Of a DNA stretch of 30,856 nucleotides, positions 1 through 7,970 are shown in pieces (the stretch's first letter is position 1; each line of letters begins with the position of its first letter). The notes under the pieces were generated by a model, which searched no databases, was not told the origin of the DNA, and saw nothing but the letters and a program-made list of their open reading frames with translations. Origin of the DNA: a virus (taxonomy: Duplodnaviria > Caudoviricetes); IMG/VR virus record IMGVR_UViG_3300031647_000036, positions 1 through 30,856 of that record; one strand, given 5' to 3'. The translations under genes were made by a program, and so were the position numbers.

Positions 1-2
1 AT

Positions 3-2057
3 TCTTTAAGTATAGACACATCTTCAAACGCAACTTTTGCAGGAGATGTAATAGTTCAAGGGACAAGTGCAGCAGGGTATGTAAAATTATCAGGAGATGG
101 GAATGGAGCAATTTATACCTCTAATGGAGATATGCAGTTTTTTACTAATAATTCTGCTTATGCTACTAAATTCTATTCAGCTAATAAGGGTTCTACATTA
201 GTAACAATTTTAGATAACGGAACTACAACTTTTGCAGGAAATGTAAATACAGGTAGATTATTTGTTGAGCAATCAGGAGCAGATATTATTGATATGACAA
301 GAACAGGTGTTGGAACTTATAGGTTTGCAATATCAGGTAGTGATGCATTCAGTTTATTTGATGTTGGGGCAAATGCTGACAGGTTAACAATTGATACATC
401 AGGAAACGCAACTTTTACAGGAGATGTAACGCTAACAGGAACAGGAGATAAAATCTTAGACATATATAGAGATGGTGGTTCAGGTCATTCAATAAGATTA
501 CATTCAGAGGGTGTTTCTTGGATTGATAATAATAATAATTTTGGTATTGGAACAGATAGTCCATTAGGTAAATTACAAGTTACTTTACCTGCTTATGATA
601 ACGAAGATACTAATTCTCAACAAGCAATTTTTGGAGTTGATAATGGAGGCGGACTTAGGATAGGGTATAATGAAACAAGCAACAAGGGTTATATAAATGT
701 TTTAAAACCCGCGGTTGCTTGGGGGAGTTTAGTTTTACAGTCAGGCGGCGGTAACGTTGGTATTGGAACAACTACACCTACAGGTGATTTGAGCGTAGGT
801 TCTACCACCACTTCATCAGGAGACATTCATTTACGCACATCTAAAACAACAGTAACACTTACTCCTAGCAACGTAGCAGGAGGCGGATTTAATATTGATA
901 CAGGGTTTGTATCAGGTGGTCAAGGACCGATGACTTTAAGTATAGGTGGTGCAGAAAGAATGCGTATTACTTCAGCAGGAAATTTGCAATTAAAGGGAAC
1001 AACTCCAACGTTAGACTTTTTCAAAACATCGGCAGGAGATGTTTTAGCAAATATAAAAGTAGAAAGCGGAGCAGGTACGGGAGGTAAATTTACTATACAA
1101 ACAAAAAGAAACGGAAATACCGCACTAGATGCTTTAGTAATTAATGAAAGCCAAACGGTAGGAATAGGTAGTACAGGTATTTATGCAGGTACTAATGCTT
1201 CTTTAAATTTACCGGGTATAGGTTTGGCTATTAAAAACGATTTAAACGGTAGTAGTAATAATTGGAGTTATATAACAAATACCGATACTGCAAGTTCAGC
1301 TAATTTAAATTTTCATACAGGTAATAATGCATCTGCTTTAACTTTATCTCATAGTGGCGATGCGACCTTTGGGAGTTCTGTGACAATAAATGGAGAGGGA
1401 GATACTTTAACTCTTTCAAAAAGTAATAATCTACCTGTACTTAGATTTAAAGGAGCAGGTACGGATGCAGCATTAATAGAAGGGGGTAATTTTTTAAATT
1501 TTTACGTAGGAGGAACAAGTAAATTTAAAATAGAATCATCGGGTGCTGTTAATATTGGATATATTGGTACGTTAGGTGGTTTTGGTACAGAAGATGTTTC
1601 AGGTATATTTTATAGTGGTGGAAACACAGGAGGTTATACCGCAATAAATAGTAATTCAAATAATGCTCCGTTATATTTAGCGAGAGGTGCAAGTACACCA
1701 ACAGGTATTCTAATTAATATGGCTTCAAATGGAACAGGGGTTGGAAGTATTAGTATCACAGGTTCTGCAACAGCTTACAACACATCTTCTGATTATAGAT
1801 TAAAAGAAGATTTACAAGACTTTGCAGGATTAGATATGGTTTCTAAAATACCTGTTTATGACTTTAAATGGAAAACAGATGAAAGCAGAACTTACGGAGT
1901 TATGGCTCACGAACTACAAGAAGTTTTACCTAATGCAGTTACAGGACAAAAAGATGCTGATGAAATGCAGTCTGTTGATTATTCTAAAATAGTTCCTTTG
2001 TTGATTAAATCAATACAAGAATTAACTGCTAAAATTGAAAGATTAGAAGCAAAATAA
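3..2057 (+). CDS. Tail fibre/spike, C-terminal part, with intramolecular chaperone autocleavage (Peptidase S74) domain; 5'-partial, continues from 28468..30856
   Basis: Frame is open from position 3 (SLSIDTSSNATFAGDV...) into the 132 ORF. Gly/Thr/Ser-rich beta repeats (ATFAGDV, GIGTxxP). C-terminus TSSDYRLKEDL...YGVMAHELQEVLP...VDYSKIVPLLIKSIQEL is typical of an S74 domain. Confidence 0.9.
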   Translation, partial: SLSIDTSSNATFAGDVIVQGTSAAGYVKLSGDGNGAIYTSNGDMQFFTNNSAYATKFYSANKGSTLVTILDNGTTTFAGNVNTGRLFVEQSGADIIDMTRTGVGTYRFAISGSDAFSLFDVGANADRLTIDTSGNATFTGDVTLTGTGDKILDIYRDGGSGHSIRLHSEGVSWIDNNNNFGIGTDSPLGKLQVTLPAYDNEDTNSQQAIFGVDNGGGLRIGYNETSNKGYINVLKPAVAWGSLVLQSGGGNVGIGTTTPTGDLSVGSTTTSSGDIHLRTSKTTVTLTPSNVAGGGFNIDTGFVSGGQGPMTLSIGGAERMRITSAGNLQLKGTTPTLDFFKTSAGDVLANIKVESGAGTGGKFTIQTKRNGNTALDALVINESQTVGIGSTGIYAGTNASLNLPGIGLAIKNDLNGSSNNWSYITNTDTASSANLNFHTGNNASALTLSHSGDATFGSSVTINGEGDTLTLSKSNNLPVLRFKGAGTDAALIEGGNFLNFYVGGTSKFKIESSGAVNIGYIGTLGGFGTEDVSGIFYSGGNTGGYTAINSNSNNAPLYLARGASTPTGILINMASNGTGVGSISITGSATAYNTSSDYRLKEDLQDFAGLDMVSKIPVYDFKWKTDESRTYGVMAHELQEVLPNAVTGQKDADEMQSVDYSKIVPLLIKSIQELTAKIERLEAK
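30..144 (+). repeat. 115-bp exact direct repeat of 30742..30856 (contig-end overlap implying circularity)
   Basis: gcaacttttgcaggagatgtaatagttcaaggg...gatatgcagtttttta is identical at both ends. Bases 1-29 do not match the bases before 30742. Confidence 0.95.
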
Positions 2058-2095
2058 AATTTCGTACATTTACGATTAACTTAAAAACATTTAAA

Positions 2096-2338
2096 ATGTC
2101 AAAGATTACTGAAGCAGAATTAAAAGGATTACAAGAACAAGAGCAAAAAAAGGGTGCAATTTTGCACGACTTGGGATTACTAGAAACTCAAAAGCATAGT
2201 TTAAATCACTATTATGTTGAATTAATGGTAGAGCAAGACAAATCTAAAAAGGAACTTGAAGAGACTTATGGAAAAGTAAACATAAATCTACAAGATGGTT
2301 CTTTTGAATTAATCAAAGAAGATGAAGAAAATAAGTAA
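2096..2338 (+). CDS. Small acidic coiled-coil protein following the tail fibre (possible fibre assembly factor)
   Basis: 80 aa, heptad-like, A-rich leader; position between fibre and lysin. Confidence 0.7.
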   Translation: MSKITEAELKGLQEQEQKKGAILHDLGLLETQKHSLNHYYVELMVEQDKSKKELEETYGKVNINLQDGSFELIKEDEENK

Positions 2339-2786
2339 ATTTATTTCTTATAAGGAAGCAACTCACTCAAATTATGCCAAACAATTTGGTATAACAAACA
2401 AGCCTAAAACTGAACATATTGAAAATATGCAGGTATTAGCTGAAAAGGTTTTTGAGCCTTTAAGAGAGTGGGTTGGCGGCCCTATAAAGGTTAATTCAAT
2501 GTTTCGTTCCGAAAAACTAAATACAGCCTTAAAAGGAAGCCACACCTCTAGCCATTTAGACGGTAAAGCTATAGATATTACATCTATGGACAAAAAGACT
2601 AATTTAGAGATGTTTCACTACATAAAAGACAATTTAGATTTTGATCAACTTATTTGGGAATATGGAGCAGCAAATCCAAAATGGATTCACGTTTCATATA
2701 ATTCCGAAAAAGAAAATAGAAAAGAAATTTTAGTTATAAGAAAAAGAGGTGTTTATAGAATTTATAACGATTGCAAAACCTGCTAA
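2322..2786 (+). CDS. Endolysin, peptidase M15 (Zn D-Ala-D-Ala peptidase fold)
   Basis: Motifs PIKVNSMFRS, SSHLDGKAID and WIHVSY. Confidence 0.9.
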   Translation: MKKISKFISYKEATHSNYAKQFGITNKPKTEHIENMQVLAEKVFEPLREWVGGPIKVNSMFRSEKLNTALKGSHTSSHLDGKAIDITSMDKKTNLEMFHYIKDNLDFDQLIWEYGAANPKWIHVSYNSEKENRKEILVIRKRGVYRIYNDCKTC

Positions 2787-2787
2787 A

Positions 2788-2943
2788 ATGACAAACGATT
2801 ATAAAACTTTATTCCTAAACGCAGGAACATTTGGACTCTCAATGACAAACATAGACGTATTTTTAAAAATAATTTTATTAAGTGTTTCAATTTTATACAC
2901 TTGTCATAAATGGTATTTAATGAACGAAAATAAAAAAGAGTAA
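2788..2943 (+). CDS. Small membrane protein (holin/antiholin-like)
   Basis: ATG at 2788 right after the lysin stop; 51 aa with hydrophobic segment VFLKIILLSVSILY; lies within the lysis cassette. Confidence 0.6.
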   Translation: MTNDYKTLFLNAGTFGLSMTNIDVFLKIILLSVSILYTCHKWYLMNENKKE

Positions 2944-3386
2944 TGCCTAAGAAAAAATTCTCAGAAACTGAAGTTGGAAAATTCCTTACAAAGATAGGTT
3001 CGTCAATAGGCGGAATACTACCGGAAAAAGGATTTCTAGGGGTGCTTAGGCAATTAATAACTAAAGATAAACAACTTACCCCTAAAGATAAAGAAACAGC
3101 CTTAAAACTGCTAGATATGGATATTTCAGAAATGCAAGAAGTATCTAAAAGATGGCAGTCAGATATGGTTTCAGATTCTTGGTTATCAAAAAATACTAGA
3201 CCTTTAACGTTAATATTCTTAACCGTTTCAATGGTCTTATTTGTATTACTAGATTCTATGATTGATACTTTTATTGTAGAAACTCAATGGATTGAATTAT
3301 TGAAGTCTTTATTAATTACAGTTTATGTAGCTTATTTTGGAAGTAGAGGTGTAGAAAAGTTTAAAACTATATCTCAAAAAAAATAG
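2943..3386 (+). CDS. Holin (3TM/GTA-holin-like)
   Basis: RWQSDM..DSWLSKNTRPL, two hydrophobic helices, YFGSRGVEK motif. Confidence 0.75.
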   Translation: MPKKKFSETEVGKFLTKIGSSIGGILPEKGFLGVLRQLITKDKQLTPKDKETALKLLDMDISEMQEVSKRWQSDMVSDSWLSKNTRPLTLIFLTVSMVLFVLLDSMIDTFIVETQWIELLKSLLITVYVAYFGSRGVEKFKTISQKK

Positions 3387-3417
3387 ATTAAAGTACCTAT
3401 GTCATTATTTTTATAAG

Positions 3418-3503
3418 TACTTTTAGATTTAATTTTAATTATATTCTTAGATTTAATTTTAAATGTATTCTTAGAATTACAAGTTCTTAAAAAGTTCAAA
3501 GTT
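3418..3503. repeat. Degenerate 24-bp tandem repeats in an AT-rich intergenic region (candidate origin/iterons)
   Basis: TTAGA at 3423, 3447, 3471; TAGATTTAATTTTAA twice; TATTCTTAGA twice; followed by AAGTTC repeats. Confidence 0.6.
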
Positions 3504-3528
3504 ATTATTTTTTTTTGGAATAAAAAAA
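3497..3528 (-). promoter_or_regulatory. Possible leftward Bacteroidota-type promoter (-7 box TAACTTTG)
   Basis: caaagtta at 3497-3504 is TAACTTTG on the minus strand; the -33 position is only TTTT. Confidence 0.4.
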
Positions 3529-3550
3529 CCTTTTATAATAAAATATAAAA

Positions 3551-3949
3551 ATGGCAACAAAAAAGAAACTTACTAGAAGTAAAATAGTAAAGAAATTAGA
3601 TACAATATTTTCTCAATATATTAGACTGAGAAATGCAGAAAACGAAATATCCACTTGTTTTACCTGCGGAAAAGAGGACCATTGGAAAAAACTACAAAAC
3701 GGCCATTTCCAATCTCGAAAACACTATTCTACTAGATGGGACGAAACAAATTGTCAAGTTCAATGTGCCGGTTGCAATGTCTTTAAATATGGTGAACAAT
3801 ATATTTTTAGTCAAAACTTAGATTCTATTTTTGGAGACGGTACTGCACAGGAATTACAGATAAAAGCAAAGCAAATTATTAAACTAGCAGACTTTGAATT
3901 AGAAGAAATGATAATAAAGTATAAAAAACTTGTGGATGAATTAATTTAA
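3551..3949 (+). CDS. ninG: NinG/Rap-family recombination endonuclease
   Basis: LDTIFSQYIRLR, CFTCG, GHFQSR...TRWDETNCQVQCAGCN zinc/His motifs. Confidence 0.88.
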   Translation: MATKKKLTRSKIVKKLDTIFSQYIRLRNAENEISTCFTCGKEDHWKKLQNGHFQSRKHYSTRWDETNCQVQCAGCNVFKYGEQYIFSQNLDSIFGDGTAQELQIKAKQIIKLADFELEEMIIKYKKLVDELI

Positions 3950-3960
3950 AACTATATTTG
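3929..3960 (+). promoter_or_regulatory. Host-type (Bacteroidota primary sigma) promoter P1
   Basis: CTTG 3929-3932, 20-nt spacer, perfect TATATTTG 3953-3960. Confidence 0.65.
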
Positions 3961-4015
3961 CCTGTTCTGTTTTTCTAGAAGCGTGATTTCCTTAAAAAGA
4001 TTTTACGCTTTTTTT
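3961..4015 (+). ncRNA. Candidate ~50-nt trans-acting small RNA (5' CUGUUCUGUUUUUCU seed plus terminator hairpin)
   Basis: Lies between a consensus promoter and an intrinsic terminator, contains no ORF, and its 5' part is complementary to AAAACAGA(ACA) motifs at many start codons. Confidence 0.5.
3979..4015 (+). terminator. Intrinsic terminator
   Basis: AAGCGTGA...TTACGCTT stem (one G-U pair) followed by a T-tract. Confidence 0.7.
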
Positions 4016-4024
4016 ACCAAAACA

Positions 4025-4056
4025 TTTGGAGTTATCAACAATTCGTTGTATATTGC
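4025..4056 (+). promoter_or_regulatory. Host-type promoter P2 (early operon)
   Basis: TTTG 4025-4028, 20-nt spacer, TATATTGC 4049-4056. Confidence 0.65.
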
Positions 4057-4084
4057 AGATGTATTAATCTTAAAACTATAAAAA

Positions 4085-4234
4085 ATGGAACTACAGGACG
4101 AAACATTAAGGAAGAAAATTTTAAGTCTAGAGCAGCGTTTAGAGCATTCAGTATATCACGGTAATGCTTTTGAGCAAATAGCTTTAAAAAAAGAAATAGA
4201 CATTGCGAGATCAACTTTACCAAACATAAAGTAA
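4085..4234 (+). CDS. Hypothetical 49-aa protein (not in ORF track)
   Basis: MELQDETLRKKILSLEQRLEHSVYHGNAFEQIALKKEIDIARSTLPNIK; downstream of P2; stop overlaps next ATG. Confidence 0.65.
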   Translation: MELQDETLRKKILSLEQRLEHSVYHGNAFEQIALKKEIDIARSTLPNIK

Positions 4235-4344
4235 TGGATAGTGCAAAGGAAAAATACAGGGCCAAACTAGACGCTTTGTTATTACGAATTGGAATCTTAG
4301 AAAACCAATTAAAACTAGAAGAAATTAATCTTAAAAACCAATAA
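4234..4344 (+). CDS. Hypothetical 36-aa coiled-coil peptide (not in ORF track)
   Basis: MDSAKEKYRAKLDALLLRIGILENQLKLEEINLKNQ; TAATG coupling upstream, ends 1 nt before the next ATG. Confidence 0.6.
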   Translation: MDSAKEKYRAKLDALLLRIGILENQLKLEEINLKNQ

Positions 4345-4345
4345 A

Positions 4346-4897
4346 ATGAAAACAGAACAAAATTACTTACAAAATTTATCAACTCCATTATCTATTGAAG
4401 ATATTGACTTTAGGGTCCAATCAATCAATAAAGGCGGATATGCGACAATATTAGCTTATAAAGATGCTAGGGTAGACATCAAAAGACTAAACGAGGTTTG
4501 TGGGGTCCTAGGATGGAAAAGAGAACATACAAGAGACAACAGAAATTGTATTGTTTCAATTTGGGATTCTGAAAATAAACATTGGGTTTCTAAAGAAGAT
4601 ACCGGAACCGAAAGTATGGCGGATTCTCAAAAAGGTTTGGCAAGTGATAGTTTTAAACGTGCTTGTTTTAATTTTGGGATTGGAATTGAATTATATGATT
4701 ATCCTGTAATACAAATAAAACTAAATCCCGATGAATTTAAAATAGAAGGCCAAAAGGTAAAACAAACCTATAATCTTAAATTAAGAGATTGGAAATGGTA
4801 CAGCGAATTTAACGGTAATAAGTTAGTTGCAATAGCCTGCCGGGACGATAAAGGAAAAGTTAGATTTAATATCGGTACCTTTACAAAAAAATCATAA
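4346..4897 (+). CDS. Rad52/Sak-family single-strand annealing protein
   Basis: IDFRVQ...LAYKDAR...RLNEVCGVLGW...WVSKEDTGTES...KGLASDSFKRACFNFGIGIELY. Confidence 0.88.
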   Translation: MKTEQNYLQNLSTPLSIEDIDFRVQSINKGGYATILAYKDARVDIKRLNEVCGVLGWKREHTRDNRNCIVSIWDSENKHWVSKEDTGTESMADSQKGLASDSFKRACFNFGIGIELYDYPVIQIKLNPDEFKIEGQKVKQTYNLKLRDWKWYSEFNGNKLVAIACRDDKGKVRFNIGTFTKKS

Positions 4898-4992
4898 TGT
4901 TAGAATCTGATTGCTGCAACGCAGGACCTTGGAACGGTATAGACATTTGTTCAGATTGTATGGAACACGCAGATTTCACTATAGTAGAATAA
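4897..4992 (+). CDS. 31-aa Cys-rich zinc-ribbon-like peptide (not in ORF track)
   Basis: MLESDCCNAGPWNGIDICSDCMEHADFTIVE; TAATG coupling. Confidence 0.6.
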   Translation: MLESDCCNAGPWNGIDICSDCMEHADFTIVE

Positions 4993-5036
4993 AAATAATT
5001 ATTAATTAATATTAACCTAAATAAAAACAGTAAATT

Positions 5037-5351
5037 ATGAGTACATTAATCAATGCAAGTATTAGAGTAGATAAATTGCCAAAAGAAAAATTTAAAATTG
5101 GTAAAGACGGGGCCGTTTATTACGAATTAACCTTGTCAGTAAATGACGAAACAAAATTCGGGAATAATGTTTGGGTAACAGAATCTCAAACAAAAGAAGA
5201 AAGAGATGCGAAAAAAGCACGCATAACTTTAGGAAATGGAAAAGTTGTTTGGACTGATGGCACAATTACGGTTGCCGAAAGACAGGAGGAAGATTCTCCA
5301 AAGCAACAATATAACCAACCTGCAACTGTAGAAGACGATTTACCATTTTAG
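5037..5351 (+). CDS. ssb: Single-stranded DNA-binding protein
   Basis: Beta-rich 104 aa with acidic tail ending EDDLPF; follows the annealing protein. Confidence 0.75.
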   Translation: MSTLINASIRVDKLPKEKFKIGKDGAVYYELTLSVNDETKFGNNVWVTESQTKEERDAKKARITLGNGKVVWTDGTITVAERQEEDSPKQQYNQPATVEDDLPF

Positions 5352-5359
5352 TAAAATTT

Positions 5360-5386
5360 AAGGGGCTTAAAAACCCCTTTTTTTTT
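5360..5386 (+). terminator. Intrinsic terminator after ssb
   Basis: AAGGGG-loop-CCCCTT followed by a long T-tract. Confidence 0.8.
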
Positions 5387-5440
5387 ATAAATTAGTAAAA
5401 TAGACAATCCCTATTGTAAACATAAATTAAAACGGAACAG

Positions 5441-6280
5441 ATGACAGAACAACAAACAGAAGACCAAATGTTAATGGAATTAATCGAAGAAGATTGTCGA
5501 GTTGATCCAAAAGAAAAAATAGAATATCCGCCGGTATGCCTTTCAATGGGTGAGATAGTTTTAAAAGACGTAACAAAAGGCGATACTTTAATGCCCATTC
5601 CTTTAGGCACATACGGTAATTTATCCGTAATTACTGCGCCTCCAAAAACAAAAAAAACATTTTTCATTTCACTTTTAGCTTCAGTTTATTTAAGTGGTAA
5701 AAATATTTATGGGGGAAAATTAAAAGGCCATAGAGAAAACGGAAGTCTTATTCATTTTGATACAGAACAGGGAAAATATTACGCAGCTAGAGTATTCAAA
5801 AGACCGTATCAAATGGATGCAAATATCGATTCAGAAAAATACCATACCTTTGGGTTAAGAGTTTTAAACCATAAAACAAGATTACAATTTATTGAGCATT
5901 ATTTAAAAACTAAAGTAACAGAACCTAGTTTAGTAATTATAGACGGTATTGCTGATTTATGCGCAGATTCAAATAATATAGAAGAATCAAACGAAGTAGT
6001 GCAAAAATTAATGGAATGGTCAGCAAAATATAATGTTCACATTATAAATGTAATTCATCAATCATTTGGTAGCTCTAAACTTGGTACAGGTCATTTAGGT
6101 TCCTTTCTAGAAAAAAAGGCGGAAATGGTTATTAGTTTAGAATCAAATACTGTAAATCGTGATTGGGTGACGGTTAAATGTGGCAGGAGTAGAGGATACT
6201 CTTTTGAAACTTTTAGTTTTGAAGTTAATCAATTCGGGCTACCTATAATCGTAGGAGATTTGTACGACCCATTAAAATAA
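5441..6280 (+). CDS. RecA-fold P-loop ATPase (AAA_25/RepA-like helicase family)
   Basis: Degenerate Walker A APPKTKKT, IHFDTEQG, Walker B LVIIDGIAD, VIHQ, GHLGSFLEKKAE. Confidence 0.8.
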   Translation: MTEQQTEDQMLMELIEEDCRVDPKEKIEYPPVCLSMGEIVLKDVTKGDTLMPIPLGTYGNLSVITAPPKTKKTFFISLLASVYLSGKNIYGGKLKGHRENGSLIHFDTEQGKYYAARVFKRPYQMDANIDSEKYHTFGLRVLNHKTRLQFIEHYLKTKVTEPSLVIIDGIADLCADSNNIEESNEVVQKLMEWSAKYNVHIINVIHQSFGSSKLGTGHLGSFLEKKAEMVISLESNTVNRDWVTVKCGRSRGYSFETFSFEVNQFGLPIIVGDLYDPLK

Positions 6281-6284
6281 AAAA

Positions 6285-6770
6285 ATGAGTAAAGAGTTAA
6301 ATTTAATCTTTAAAAAACATCAAACGTGGATCGATATAGTTTCTACTTTTGGTGTTTCAAAAGAAACCGCTGAAGATATAACTCAGGAAATGTACATTAA
6401 AATTCACAAATCTATTTTGAAAAATGGTACAGACATAATGTACTGCAAAGAAGAAATAAATTACTATTATATTTTCAAGACTTTAAATTCAATTTTTATA
6501 GATTTAAAACGTAAAAGTAAAAACTTAGTTATGGTTAACATTGAAGATTGCGAGTATAGTTTAGATGCTCAAATTGATGTTGATTTTAACGAAACATATA
6601 ACAGGGTAAAGAAAGCGATTGGAGAATTGGAATGGTGGGACCGATTCGTTTTTGAAAATATAAACTCAGGTGAAAGTATTGCAGAATTTAGTCGTAATTC
6701 AAAAGTACCTTATTACACCGTTTATAATAATTACATAAAAACAAAAGAAGAACTTAAAAAAATAGTATAA
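6285..6770 (+). CDS. ECF/sigma-70-like RNA polymerase sigma factor (probable late sigma)
   Basis: Region 2-like AEDITQEMYIKI...FIDLKRK and C-terminal region 4 HTH (SIAEFSRNSKVPYYTV); 161 aa. Confidence 0.75.
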   Translation: MSKELNLIFKKHQTWIDIVSTFGVSKETAEDITQEMYIKIHKSILKNGTDIMYCKEEINYYYIFKTLNSIFIDLKRKSKNLVMVNIEDCEYSLDAQIDVDFNETYNRVKKAIGELEWWDRFVFENINSGESIAEFSRNSKVPYYTVYNNYIKTKEELKKIV

Positions 6771-7186
6771 TGAGATTTGAAAAACAGACAGATTTGCAAA
6801 GGGAAATGAAAGCTATAAAAGTGTTTACAGATAGTTTTAAGGGAGGTTTTATTAAATTAGGACAGAATGATATAGACTTTAGAGTTCTAGACGCAGATCA
6901 TACCGTAATAGCTTACGCTGAGGTAAAGGGAAGAAACAAAACAATGCAAGATGCTTTTCCCTTGCCAATAGCTGCTAGAAAAATTGTAAAACTTATAGAT
7001 AAAGCAAAAACAGTCGAGCCAATTGTAATTTGGGCCTGCTTAGATGGTATTATTTACGGACGGATAAAGCATTTAGGCGGAGTTTTAAAGGTGGGAGGCA
7101 GAAAACCTAGAGAACACGCAGCAAACGATATTGAAGCAATGGTTTATTATTATGAAACCGCAGACTTTAAAAAAATAAAATATTAA
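6770..7186 (+). CDS. PD-(D/E)XK nuclease-like protein
   Basis: E..IDF...AEVKGR catalytic-motif pattern. Confidence 0.6.
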   Translation: MRFEKQTDLQREMKAIKVFTDSFKGGFIKLGQNDIDFRVLDADHTVIAYAEVKGRNKTMQDAFPLPIAARKIVKLIDKAKTVEPIVIWACLDGIIYGRIKHLGGVLKVGGRKPREHAANDIEAMVYYYETADFKKIKY

Positions 7187-7220
7187 AAAAAAATATTATA
7201 AATTCAAAACTACACCACAT

Positions 7221-7619
7221 ATGAATAGCTTAGAAAAATTAATGGAGGTTTCAAAAGATTTTAACAAAGAAATGGAACTTTACGATATAAAACAAAAGGA
7301 ATACCAAAAAGAAAATAGAAATAATATTATTGAAAAAGATCAAAGAAAATCAACACCAATATTTACGGGTTGTATTAATTATTTTCCTGACGCATTAAAA
7401 GAAGTTTCTAAATGTAGTTTAGCAGGACAAAAACAACACAATCAAGGAGACAAATTATATTGGGACAAAAATAAAAGCAATGATAATACGGATGCTTTAC
7501 TTAGGCATTTAATAGATAGTGAACATACGGCACACGATACTGATGGGGTTTTGCATTTAGCGAAAGTTGCTTGGAGGTCATTAGCTACATTACAAATTTA
7601 TTTAGAAAAAAACAAATAA
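7221..7619 (+). CDS. DUF5664 / dATP-dGTP diphosphohydrolase-domain protein
   Basis: PDALKEV...G..QH...W...DALLRHL...DTDGVLHLAKVAWR motif series. Confidence 0.75.
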   Translation: MNSLEKLMEVSKDFNKEMELYDIKQKEYQKENRNNIIEKDQRKSTPIFTGCINYFPDALKEVSKCSLAGQKQHNQGDKLYWDKNKSNDNTDALLRHLIDSEHTAHDTDGVLHLAKVAWRSLATLQIYLEKNK

Positions 7620-7620
7620 T

Positions 7621-7767
7621 ATGAAACTAGGAGACACTATTTATTACATTACAAAATACACCGGTATAAAATATTTGGTTGATAAATACCATAAATATAA
7701 AGGGACCAAATGTAAATGTGATGACAGAAGAGAAACTTTAAATAAAATAAAAATTAAAAGATGGTAA
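7621..7767 (+). CDS. 48-aa basic protein with CxC motif (not in ORF track)
   Basis: MKLGDTIYYITKYTGIKYLVDKYHKYKGTKCKCDDRRETLNKIKIKRW; fills the gap exactly. Confidence 0.7.
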   Translation: MKLGDTIYYITKYTGIKYLVDKYHKYKGTKCKCDDRRETLNKIKIKRW

Positions 7768-7970
7768 AATTTGAAGAAAATGATTACAAAGATTGGGAGA
7801 AATTTAGATTGGCAACATCAGACGTTATCACGCACGTTGAATTTACATTGGTGTGCGAGTTACACTCAAAATATCACAAACATACATTTTACAAGCCCTG
7901 CACCTGCAGCCCAAAAATAGTGAAACGTTGGATTAAAGATTTGAATTTAATATTTGATAATGAGCGTTAA
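7761..7970 (+). CDS. Hypothetical protein with PCTC motif
   Basis: 69 aa, overlaps both neighbours in operon fashion. Confidence 0.7.
   Translation: MVKFEENDYKDWEKFRLATSDVITHVEFTLVCELHSKYHKHTFYKPCTCSPKIVKRWIKDLNLIFDNER

Noticed and set aside
1-2057. Diversity-generating retroelement or invertase shufflon acting on the fibre
   Set aside because: No reverse transcriptase, no adenine-specific TR/VR pair, no site-specific recombinase and no inverted cassettes; the end repeat is exact.
2060-2075. Host-type promoter before ORF 2096 (TACATTTA)
   Set aside because: Imperfect -7 box and no -33 TTTG at the 20-nt spacing seen in the other five.
3418-3503. Mini-CRISPR array
   Set aside because: The repeats are contiguous with no unique spacers, and there are no cas genes.
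3633-3821. Alternative-frame plus-strand ORF inside ninG (likewise 28235-28429 inside the adaptor gene)
   Set aside because: Nested in better-supported genes with no independent evidence.
7221-7619. 2-aminoadenine (dZ) genome pathway suggested by DUF5664
   Set aside because: No purZ, no dedicated polymerase and no other modification genes are present.
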